Notes: a model not told the origin generated them from the sequence alone. Shown: positions 8,933 to 16,243, counted from the stretch's first letter. The stretch: DNA of 18,325 nt from Candidatus Woesearchaeota archaeon (GCA_016926395.1 JAFGOT010000030.1:1-18325), one strand, 5' to 3'. Made by a program: numbers and translations.

Positions 8933-10930
8933 TTACTCGCTACTTACTAAGTCTCTATCTATTAACTTAATTAATCCTTCGAGTCTTTCTTTTAGAATTT
9001 TATCTTCTGTTGCGTGAAGAAGTTGTGTTAATGTATCAATTAACCTTCTAAAGAACCTTATTATGTCGCCTTCTGCTAAATTGCTGTATGTCATAAGTTC
9101 TGTGAAGCTACTTCCATCTGCCCATGCAGTGACAAAATTTATCATTCTTTTTAATGATACTTTGTTAAGTTCTTTGCCAACAACAGTGCCTTCAATTATT
9201 TTTAATATTCTGTGGTATCTTTTTTCTGTTCCTTTTATCATGAAGTAGTCTAGTCGTCTTTGCTCATATACTATGCTTGCAAGAAGAATTAATAAGTCTA
9301 TGTCGCTAATTTTGTTAAGGAAATCTAAATGGAATAATTCTGTTAATATTATTTCGTTGCTGTATAAATATTTTGCAAAACGACCTTTATCCGTTAGCAT
9401 GTATTTTGTATTTGATTCAACATATGCTCCTTCGTTAACAGCTACTTCGTCTGTTTCTTTTATGTAGTTTAGTTTTTTTAATAATTTTATTTTGTTTTTG
9501 AAGCTAGCCATTATGTGAACTGCTTTTTTATTTTCTTTTAATCGTTTGTAGTGATCAAAATTGCTTTTCAAAACTCTTTCTTGGTTATTTTCATCAAAGT
9601 TATCTATTAGGTTAAGTGCAGTATTGATGCTAAGTGTGAAATGACTTATGATTGGTTCATCATCAACAGTTGATATTTTGTGTAGTTTTTCAAGGTTTGT
9701 GAATCGTCTATTTATTAGGGCAATTACAAGACCTTCTTTATCAATTCCTCGTCTTCCTGCTCTTCCTGCTATTTGGAAATATTCTTTAGCGTTAAGCATT
9801 CTCATGTTTATCCCATCATATTTTTCAAGTGAGTTAAACACCACTGCTTTTGCTGGCATGTTAATTCCAACTGAGAACGTTTCTGTTGTGTACAGTATTT
9901 TGATAAGTCCTTGTCCAAATAGTTCTTCTACTATTGTTTTTAGAACTGGAAGCATTCCTGAATGATGAAAACCAATTCCTTTTGGAAGAGTGTTTCTAAT
10001 AACTTTTGTTGTCTCCATTTTTGCAACTTCTGGAGTCATGTGATTTCTGATTACTTCCAAAACTTTTTGTGCTTCCTCTTTGTTTAGGAAATCTTGTTTT
10101 TTTGAAAGTTCAACTGCGAAGTCTTGTGTTTTTTTTCTTGAGAAGCAAAAATATAGTGCTGGCATTTTGCCTTCTAATTCTTTAATAACATCCAAGTGAT
10201 ATGGTGGTTTCATGTTGTGAATTTTCGCCTTATTTTGTGCCTTTTTCTTTTTACCAGGATTATAACGTGGACTAAATTCCATTGCTCTAGAATATTCTTC
10301 TTCTTTTAGCATGTCGATTTGAACATCTTTTATTTCACAAAGTCCAAGACGCCTATCATAAACTTTATGTCGTAAGGGAACTGGTCGATGTCCGTAAAAT
10401 ACAGTGTCAACGGGGTGTTCTTTGATGTGTGCGATCCAGTCTGCAAATTCTCTGTAGTTTGGGATGGTTGCACTCAATGCTAAAAATCGAATGTGTTTTG
10501 GAGAGAATATTATTGATTCTTCCCACACTGTTCCTCGTTCAATATCGTTTATATAATGAATTTCATCAAAAATAACATAACTAACTCTGTCAATTAAAGG
10601 GTCGTTTGTAAGGAGCATATTTCTATAGATTTCTGTTGTCATAATAAGAATTTGACCTTCGTGATTAATTGAAGTATCTCCTGTTAGAAGACCGACATTT
10701 TCTTTCCCGTAATCTTCACAGAAATCTTTGTATTTTTGATTTGATAGTGCTTTTATTGGAGCAGTGTAAATTATTGTATTTCCTTCTGGTAAGTGTTTAT
10801 TTATGATATATTCGGCTATTAGGGTCTTTCCAGTCCCTGTTGAAGCACTAACTACGCAAGAATGATTTTTATCTATTGATTCAATTGCTTCTTTTTGGAA
10901 CACATCTAGTGTTTTTCCCTTAAATTCCAT
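8933..10930 (-). CDS. Ski2/HelY-like SF2 DEAD/DEAH-box helicase with DSHCT-type C-terminus
   Basis: ASTGTGKT, YTAPIKALSNQKY, FDEIHY, LSAT, GIGFHHSGM, TETFSVGINMPA, QIAGRAGRRG; C-terminal W..G..F..L..S.L.EGDIIR.FRRLID.L.QL. Confidence 0.93.
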   Translation of the reverse strand: MEFKGKTLDVFQKEAIESIDKNHSCVVSASTGTGKTLIAEYIINKHLPEGNTIIYTAPIKALSNQKYKDFCEDYGKENVGLLTGDTSINHEGQILIMTTEIYRNMLLTNDPLIDRVSYVIFDEIHYINDIERGTVWEESIIFSPKHIRFLALSATIPNYREFADWIAHIKEHPVDTVFYGHRPVPLRHKVYDRRLGLCEIKDVQIDMLKEEEYSRAMEFSPRYNPGKKKKAQNKAKIHNMKPPYHLDVIKELEGKMPALYFCFSRKKTQDFAVELSKKQDFLNKEEAQKVLEVIRNHMTPEVAKMETTKVIRNTLPKGIGFHHSGMLPVLKTIVEELFGQGLIKILYTTETFSVGINMPAKAVVFNSLEKYDGINMRMLNAKEYFQIAGRAGRRGIDKEGLVIALINRRFTNLEKLHKISTVDDEPIISHFTLSINTALNLIDNFDENNQERVLKSNFDHYKRLKENKKAVHIMASFKNKIKLLKKLNYIKETDEVAVNEGAYVESNTKYMLTDKGRFAKYLYSNEIILTELFHLDFLNKISDIDLLILLASIVYEQRRLDYFMIKGTEKRYHRILKIIEGTVVGKELNKVSLKRMINFVTAWADGSSFTELMTYSNLAEGDIIRFFRRLIDTLTQLLHATEDKILKERLEGLIKLIDRDLVSSE

Positions 10931-10960
10931 CGTTATACCCTTTTAGAGGTGGTTATATTC

Positions 10961-10968
10961 TTTATAAA
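10961..10968 (-). promoter_or_regulatory. TATA box for the helicase (divergent region shared with alaX)
   Basis: TTTATAAA 30 nt upstream of the helicase ATG; 10961-10980 matches 13681-13700 (upstream of the 13639 gene) at 17/20. Confidence 0.55.
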
Positions 10969-11022
10969 CTATATGTTTAGTTCGTAAATTTTTTAAGAGG
11001 AAGCCTTATTTTATGGTGTATT

Positions 11023-11757
11023 ATGAAAACTAAAATGCTACATTTTACTGATTCGTATCTTAAAGAGTGTGATTCTAAGGTTTTATCCATAGCCGAGCAT
11101 GATGGAAAAATATTGGTTGAACTTGACCAAACCTGCTTTTATCCTGAAAGTGGCGGTCAACCATCTGATAATGGTCAAATAATTAACGATCAAGGAATCG
11201 TGTTTGGGATGTCTTATGCGTATAAATTTGATAACAAAGTTCTTCACATCGTTGATAAAGTTGGTTTATCTGTTGGTGATTTAGTTCATTGTAAGCTTAA
11301 TTGGGATGATAGGTATAGAAATATGCAATTTCATACTGCAATTCATGTCGTGACGCGTCTTATTGAGCGTGATACGCCAATTAAAGTTTCTAGTAATAAT
11401 GCGACCTTAGAAAAAGCTCGTATTGATTTTACTCTTGATGAATTTGATAGGGAATTCTTAGGTTCTTTTGAGGCTAAAGCTAATGAATTAATTAAACAGA
11501 ATTTACCAATTAAGACTTATATTCTAACCAGAGAAGAGGCAGAGAAAGATCCTGATGTATTTCGACTTGCAAAAGGTTTTGATGAATCCATTCAAGATAT
11601 TCGAATTGTTCAAATGGGGGATGATGATGCTATTTTTGATAGAACTGCTTGTGGTGGAGCTCATCTTGCAAACACAAGTGAAATACCGAAAATAAAATTT
11701 TTGAAATTAGAAAATAAAGGTGCTCAAAGAAGAAGGATTAATTTTACTTTTGAGTGA
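11023..11757 (+). CDS. alaXM: Alanyl-tRNA editing protein AlaX-M (free-standing trans-editing deacylase)
   Basis: N-terminal LDQTCFYPESGGQPSD, zinc ligands HTAIH (HxxxH) and CGGAH (CxxxH), 244 aa. Confidence 0.93.
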   Translation: MKTKMLHFTDSYLKECDSKVLSIAEHDGKILVELDQTCFYPESGGQPSDNGQIINDQGIVFGMSYAYKFDNKVLHIVDKVGLSVGDLVHCKLNWDDRYRNMQFHTAIHVVTRLIERDTPIKVSSNNATLEKARIDFTLDEFDREFLGSFEAKANELIKQNLPIKTYILTREEAEKDPDVFRLAKGFDESIQDIRIVQMGDDDAIFDRTACGGAHLANTSEIPKIKFLKLENKGAQRRRINFTFE

Positions 11758-12457
11758 TTGTTTTTTTAGGAAATAGTTCTTTGTCAAGTTCATCTAGTAG
11801 TGGTCTTAAGTCGTCCATCTTTTGAGCTTGCTCTAAATCAAATACTTTTTTTTCTTCTTCGCTTAGATTTTGATATTTTATTTCTTCTCTCATCTCAAAT
11901 AAATCGTTCTCTGCTCCGATAAATCTAGCGCATTCAAGAAGTTCTCTTGACTCCATTGCTCCTGATTTGTAAACCTCTCTTAACAATGTGTTTTCTTCTG
12001 CAAGTCCTTCCTGATATAATTCTAAGAATTTTTTACTGTTAATATTTTGATTTATTAAGTATTGTGCAGCGCTTTCTATGTCTTTTTCTGTTGTGAGGAA
12101 CGAAATGTCGTTATGAAATGAATCACTTTGTGCTGTTGTTTTAATCCTTGTGTTGATTTCTATTCCTGTATTTGCAACTTTTAAAACTCCATGAAAGTAT
12201 GTTTTAACCATTGGGTCTTCTATTTCATAACCTGTAACTAATGAAATAACTTGGTAGCTTTTGTTTTGGTTAGCTGCTTTGATTTCTTTTTCTGGAAGTG
12301 ATTCTTCTGCGTAATATTTTGATTTATTTTTATCTGGTTCTGCCATTGAATAAATGTCAAAATTTTGTGTTGTTATAACTATGCGTGATATTTCTTTTTT
12401 CTTTAAGTCTTCTAAACATTCGTTTATTGTATCTGTTAATTTTTTTAGTTCTTTCAT
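11744..12457 (-). CDS. Hypothetical protein, paralog of 12965..13639
   Basis: 237-aa ORF aligning along its length with the 224-aa ORF; 3' end overlaps alaX by 14 nt. Confidence 0.85.
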   Translation of the reverse strand: MKELKKLTDTINECLEDLKKKEISRIVITTQNFDIYSMAEPDKNKSKYYAEESLPEKEIKAANQNKSYQVISLVTGYEIEDPMVKTYFHGVLKVANTGIEINTRIKTTAQSDSFHNDISFLTTEKDIESAAQYLINQNINSKKFLELYQEGLAEENTLLREVYKSGAMESRELLECARFIGAENDLFEMREEIKYQNLSEEEKKVFDLEQAQKMDDLRPLLDELDKELFPKKTITQK

Positions 12458-12458
12458 T

Positions 12459-12932
12459 TTATTTTGGTATTAGTGATTTAAAGTTAAACTCAGGATTAAC
12501 TTCAGATAGGGGTATTAAAATGTATTCAATTCCATAATATTGTGCAGAGTCTAAGTCTTGAACGCTATCTCCTATCATTATTGTTTCTTCTTTAGGTATT
12601 TTGTATTCTTCACAAATTGTTTGGAGATTTTTTATTTCTCGCCAGTTTTCTTCATCAAACCAAACATCGTTTGAATAATATATTTTATCAACAAGTTTTC
12701 CAAGGCCATTAAGTAAAGGCTCAACTTCTTCTTGGTTTGTATCGCTTGCTATAACAACATACTTTTCATCTTGGTTTTTGTAGTGTTTGAATACTTCTTC
12801 GATTCCTTTTCTTGGTTTTCCACTGTCAATTTCATCCGTAGATGTGTTTGATTCAATAGTTGTTCCAAGAAAGTCAAAAATAATTAATTTCTTGCTGTCC
12901 GGTATACTGTCTAAGCTTCCAAGTCTGCCCAT
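12459..12932 (-). CDS. Small, apparently capless HAD-superfamily hydrolase with variant motif I
   Basis: LIIFDFLGT (motif I), VIASD (motif II), IKN (motif III), IMIGDSVQDLDSA (motif IV). Confidence 0.8.
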   Translation of the reverse strand: MGRLGSLDSIPDSKKLIIFDFLGTTIESNTSTDEIDSGKPRKGIEEVFKHYKNQDEKYVVIASDTNQEEVEPLLNGLGKLVDKIYYSNDVWFDEENWREIKNLQTICEEYKIPKEETIMIGDSVQDLDSAQYYGIEYILIPLSEVNPEFNFKSLIPK

Positions 12933-12964
12933 AAGTCTCTGCCTTTTGTGTTGTTGTTTTGTTT

Positions 12965-13639
12965 TTAAATTAGTTTCTTGTATTCTTCAACTTTCTTATT
13001 GATTTTCTTTAAAATGTCTTGTTTAGCTATTTTTACTCTCGCACTTTGTAGATATTTATCTGCACCAATAGGCTGATCTTCTAGTTTTTCTCTAGCTTCA
13101 ATAGCTCCTGATTCTTCCATTAATCTAACAGTAACATCGTTGTATTCTTTAACTCCTCTGTCAAATATTTTTTTGAATTCTTTACTATTGATTCCTAAAT
13201 CCACAAGGTAAGTTGCAACTTCTTCTATTGCGCTTTCATTTTCGAATTCTGCAAATTGCCATTCATTAACATATTTGTTATTTTCAAAATCATCAATTCC
13301 CATTGTATAAGTTGGGTTTCTAGTTATGATTTCAATACCGCATTCTTTTTTGTCTTTTTCTTGAAATACGTGGCTAACAGGAGATTGTTTTAGAACTCTT
13401 GGTTCATGTCCGTTTACAAGCGCGATGGTTTGATAGTTCTCGCCATAATTTTTTGCTTGTATTTCTAATTCTGGAAGTGTATTTGGATGATAATATGCCT
13501 TTTCTTCGTTATTGACCCATCCGCCTGCTCTTTTTCCTTCGAAGTTTTGTGCTAGAATGACTGCTCGACCTATCTGTTTCTTTTCTAGTTCGGTTAAGCA
13601 TTCCTTGATTGTGCTTGTTAAATCGTTTATTTTACCCAT
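12965..13639 (-). CDS. Hypothetical protein, paralog of 11744..12457
   Basis: 224-aa ORF, SD GAGGT upstream, TATA at 13681-13688; homology to the downstream paralog. Confidence 0.85.
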   Translation of the reverse strand: MGKINDLTSTIKECLTELEKKQIGRAVILAQNFEGKRAGGWVNNEEKAYYHPNTLPELEIQAKNYGENYQTIALVNGHEPRVLKQSPVSHVFQEKDKKECGIEIITRNPTYTMGIDDFENNKYVNEWQFAEFENESAIEEVATYLVDLGINSKEFKKIFDRGVKEYNDVTVRLMEESGAIEAREKLEDQPIGADKYLQSARVKIAKQDILKKINKKVEEYKKLI

Positions 13640-13680
13640 CGTAAATAACCTCTTTTGATGCTTTTGTTAGGGGGTTTTTA

Positions 13681-13688
13681 TTTATAAA
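13681..13688 (-). promoter_or_regulatory. TATA box for the 13639-11744 three-gene unit
   Basis: Minus strand CAAAACATAAAC-TTTATAAA, about 42 nt before the ATG, with an intervening SD. Confidence 0.55.
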
Positions 13689-13738
13689 GTTTATGTTTTG
13701 AAACTACTGGGAAGTGACAATAAAAAAGATAAGAAACC

Positions 13739-13746
13739 TTTATAAA
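13739..13746 (+). promoter_or_regulatory. TATA box for tRNA-Gln
   Basis: AAGAAACC-TTTATAAA about 65 nt upstream of the tRNA. Confidence 0.5.
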
Positions 13747-13811
13747 TGGATTTTTACTCCCTAAACCTACACTGTTTCCAGTTTTTAGGAAGCGAAAATA
13801 AGCTGTTTTAC

Positions 13812-13884
13812 AGCCCCATGGTGTAGTGGCCAATCATCGGGGATTTTGGGTCCCTGGACCTCGGTTCAAATCCGGGTGGGGCTA
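13812..13884 (+). tRNA. trnQ: tRNA-Gln(TTG), CCA not encoded
   Basis: Acceptor AGCCCCA/TGGGGCT (A1-U72, typical of archaeal tRNA-Gln), anticodon stem GGGGA/TCCCT with loop TT-TTG-GG, T-arm CTCGG-TTCAAAT-CCGGG. Confidence 0.95.
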
Positions 13885-13953
13885 TTGGTCCTCCGTGCCT
13901 TATGGAGGACTCTTCATTTTTAATTCTGTATTTTTAGGCTTTGTGCTCGCAGA
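13878..13953 (+). repeat. 76-bp direct repeat, copy 1 (attL-like; last 7 nt of tRNA-Gln plus 69 nt downstream)
   Basis: Identical to 15033-15108; extends to 81 bp with one mismatch (13873/15028). Confidence 0.97.
13888..13921 (+). terminator. Hairpin plus T-tract after tRNA-Gln (duplicated at 15043-15076)
   Basis: GTCCTCCGT-gcctt-ATGGAGGAC (9 bp, one G.T) followed by TCTTCATTTTT. Confidence 0.65.
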
Positions 13954-13965
13954 ATTTGATGTTGT

Positions 13966-14011
13966 TTAGGTGGCCACAAATATTTGTATTTTTATTTTTG
14001 TAGTCACTTAA
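13966..14011. repeat. 46-bp dyad site A (13-20-13) overlapping the Fic stop codon
   Basis: TTAGGTGGCCACA-AATATTTGTATTTTTATTTT-TGTAGTCACTTAA. Confidence 0.85.
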
Positions 14012-14915
14012 TTTTTTTGAATGTTTTCTTGTATTGTTTTATTAGAAATTGAATTGTTGGTCTTAATTTGTCATTTTGTGAATACTCATACAGGACCCAA
14101 TAATATTCACTTCTGTCTTCTAATGCTATGTTTATTGGTGGATAGTTATTTTTTATAAGTATATAATTTAATAATAATCTTCCTACGCGTCCATTTCCGT
14201 CTTGGAATGGATGCATATATTCAAATTGATTATGTATTATTGCTGCTAAAATTAATGGTTTGAATTTTGATTTGTTTTTTTTATACCATTTAATAAATTC
14301 TTCAAGTTCCAAGATTAATTCGTTTGCAGGTGTTCCTTTGTGAATTACAGTTCCATCTCTTGCTTTTATGACAACTTCTAATTTTCTAAATTGTCCTGCA
14401 AACTCTTTTGAACCTTCAAAGCAGAATTTATGTAATTTTAAAATTAAACTAATTGATAATTCTTGTTTGGTTGTTCGAATAAATTCTATTGCTTTTGCTA
14501 CACCTTTTGTTTCTATTTCATCCGAATTAAGATTTTGTTTTTTTTGTAATATACTTGGAACATCTTCTTTTAAGACCGTTGATCCTTCTATTGCATTTGT
14601 ATTGTATGTGAACTCTTCTGTGAATAAGTTCCATTTTTTTTCATCAAAATGAGAAATCTTTATTTTTTCATTATATTTGTTTAATGCTTGTATTTCTTTT
14701 GGTGTTAATGAAAAATTAAATATGTTCGTTTCTATTTCTTTGATTTGATTGTGTATTGTAATTTTTGCAAATTTTTTTGCGTCTTCTAATTCTTCTTTTG
14801 TTAAATTGGTTCCTAGAAACTTTCGAATTTTAATTACTTTGTTAGTCTCATCTCTATATGAATGAGATAAATAATATTTGGTGTTTTTCCCAGAAATCCT
14901 TTTTTCAACAAACAT
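14004..14915 (-). CDS. Fic-domain protein (class II) with an N-terminal extension, about 303 aa
   Basis: Intact Fic motif HPFQDGNGRVGR; inhibitory (S/T)xxxE(G/N) motif TNAIEG upstream of it. ATG 14915 preferred over GTG 14966 because TTTAAATA lies 22 nt upstream. Confidence 0.93.
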   Translation of the reverse strand: MFVEKRISGKNTKYYLSHSYRDETNKVIKIRKFLGTNLTKEELEDAKKFAKITIHNQIKEIETNIFNFSLTPKEIQALNKYNEKIKISHFDEKKWNLFTEEFTYNTNAIEGSTVLKEDVPSILQKKQNLNSDEIETKGVAKAIEFIRTTKQELSISLILKLHKFCFEGSKEFAGQFRKLEVVIKARDGTVIHKGTPANELILELEEFIKWYKKNKSKFKPLILAAIIHNQFEYMHPFQDGNGRVGRLLLNYILIKNNYPPINIALEDRSEYYWVLYEYSQNDKLRPTIQFLIKQYKKTFKKIK

Positions 14916-14924
14916 ATAACTATC

Positions 14925-14970
14925 TAAGGTGACTACATATTTAAATATTTCTATTTTTGTGGTCACCTAA
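14925..14970. repeat. 46-bp dyad site B (13-20-13) containing the likely Fic TATA box
   Basis: TAAGGTGACTACA-TATTTAAATATTTCTATTTT-TGTGGTCACCTAA; same geometry as site A, right-hand 25 bp identical at 22/25. Confidence 0.85.
14938..14945 (-). promoter_or_regulatory. TATA box of fic (probably a leaderless transcript)
   Basis: Minus strand AAAATAGAAATA-TTTAAATA, 22 nt before ATG 14915; no SD. Confidence 0.6.
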
Positions 14971-15032
14971 GTGGTTATTTTGTAGTGTTTTTTCCGAGTT
15001 TTATGTATATATTAAGCCAACTGATGTCGGGC

Positions 15033-15108
15033 GGGGCTATTGGTCCTCCGTGCCTTATGGAGGACTCTTCATTTTTAATTCTGTATTTTTAGGCTTTGTG
15101 CTCGCAGA
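15033..15108 (+). repeat. 76-bp direct repeat, copy 2 (attR-like)
   Basis: Identical to 13878-13953. Confidence 0.97.
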
Positions 15109-15235
15109 TTTTATTCTTGCTTAGCAAGTTTTAGTTGTCTCATATTTTTTTCAAGATTAATTTCATTGTTGTTTAAATTTAGTTGTATTTATTTATTAGA
15201 CAAATTTATAAACAAATAAAATTTACTCCTGAGAA

Positions 15236-15592
15236 ATGACTAAAGAAAACTATATTTATGAACGTGCTAATATACTTAGAGATTATGTTAATGGCTATGT
15301 TTTGAATCCTTTGAACGGTTTTTATCAACTTGCTGTTAAATTAAATACTTCTTCCGTTTTGTCTAACGTTCCTAATTTTGATGGTCCAAAGGCTTACTTT
15401 TCTGAACGTAATTTAGTTGTTGAAGATTATTTATCTTCTGAAACTATTTGTGTTCTTGACAGTTTAGTTTCTAAATTGAATTCTTTACAACCTTTATCTT
15501 TAGAGAAAAAACCTTTTGTTGATGATGTTCATTATGTTCTTTCTTGTTTTGTAAAACAATCTATTTTAGATATTTCTTTTGATTCTAATTAA
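15236..15592 (+). CDS. Hypothetical protein (118 aa)
   Basis: ATG-started ORF with TTTATAAA (15205-15212) 23 nt upstream; no recognised motif. Confidence 0.65.
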   Translation: MTKENYIYERANILRDYVNGYVLNPLNGFYQLAVKLNTSSVLSNVPNFDGPKAYFSERNLVVEDYLSSETICVLDSLVSKLNSLQPLSLEKKPFVDDVHYVLSCFVKQSILDISFDSN

Positions 15593-15752
15593 GATTTTAT
15601 TTGTGTTTATTTAGTTCGTTCTTCTTGCATATTAATTGTTCTTTGGTTGTGATTTTTTTTGAATGATTTATTCTCTATACCTGTTATTTTATAAATAATT
15701 TTGAATTTATATTCATAACTCTTCATGTAAAAAAGATGAGGGATGATAAAAA

Positions 15753-15947
15753 ATGCCAAAAGGAAATGGAACTGGACCTGATGAGGAAGGTCGAAGAACT
15801 GGTAGAAAATTAGGTCTTTGCTCTGGAAATAATGCTCCGGGTTCAGAAAATAACACGGAACCTCGACAAGGTAAAGCTCGAGGTCAAAGAAATGGTCAAG
15901 GACAAGGTTTGGGTTTAAGAAACGGCCAAGGTCGAAACAAGAAATAA
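15753..15947 (+). CDS. DUF5320-family small Gly/Arg-rich protein
   Basis: MPKGNGTGP..G..TGR.LG.C signature and GRG/GQG-rich tail; usual neighbour of DUF134. Confidence 0.8.
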   Translation: MPKGNGTGPDEEGRRTGRKLGLCSGNNAPGSENNTEPRQGKARGQRNGQGQGLGLRNGQGRNKK

Positions 15948-15949
15948 AC

Positions 15950-16243
15950 ATGTCAAGACCAAGAAAAATGCGAAGAATTAGAGGAAACCCTAATTCTTTA
16001 TACTTTAAAACTGCTGGAGTTAGAATGCTTGATTTAGACGAAGTTATCTTAACAAGAGCTGAATTTGAAGCTTTACGATTACGAGATGTAGAAGATTTCG
16101 AACAGAAATTGTGTGCAGAAAAAATGGATATTTCTCAACCTACATTTCACAGATTATTACTTGCTGCAAGAAAAAAAGTGGCTGATGGCATAGTCCTTGG
16201 CAAAGCAATTAGAATAGATGGTGGTAAAACAGGCGATGAATGA
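15950..16243 (+). CDS. DUF134 (UPF0251) helix-turn-helix protein
   Basis: MSRPRK.RRI, EFEALRL.D, AEKMDISQPTFHRLL..ARKKVADG.V.GKAIRIDGG. Confidence 0.92.
   Translation: MSRPRKMRRIRGNPNSLYFKTAGVRMLDLDEVILTRAEFEALRLRDVEDFEQKLCAEKMDISQPTFHRLLLAARKKVADGIVLGKAIRIDGGKTGDE

Larger units (their letters stand above)
13878..15108. mobile_element. Putative tRNA-Gln-anchored islet with no integrase gene (1155-bp unit) carrying a Fic gene
   Basis: Bounded by the 76-bp direct repeat that starts inside the tRNA 3' end; single cargo ORF; no recombinase encoded. Confidence 0.65.

Noticed and set aside
8930-11757. Convergent gene pairs with 2-nt gap (patatin/helicase) or 14-nt overlap (alaX/hypothetical)
   Set aside because: Ordinary for compact archaeal genomes.
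13660-13795. Possible ORB/replication origin (ACTGGAAAC on the minus strand near 13780, G-string at 13670)
   Set aside because: Only a partial single match to the ORB consensus; no repeated ORBs and no cdc6/orc1 in the window.
9063-14652. Plus-strand ORFs at 9063, 9273, 9648, 12787 and 14368
   Set aside because: Antisense shadows of well-supported minus-strand genes.
13966-14970. Reading sites A/B as dif, attC or DtxR boxes
   Set aside because: The 20-bp spacer fits neither dif (6 bp) nor the 19-bp DtxR box, and the attC core motifs are absent. Reported instead as an unclassified site.
14977-14993. TGTAGTGTTTTTT shared with 29-41
   Set aside because: Mostly a T-run, so a chance match is likely in this composition.
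15607-15951. 114-aa minus-strand ORF
   Set aside because: Antisense to the DUF5320 gene and its promoter; composition reflects the opposite strand.
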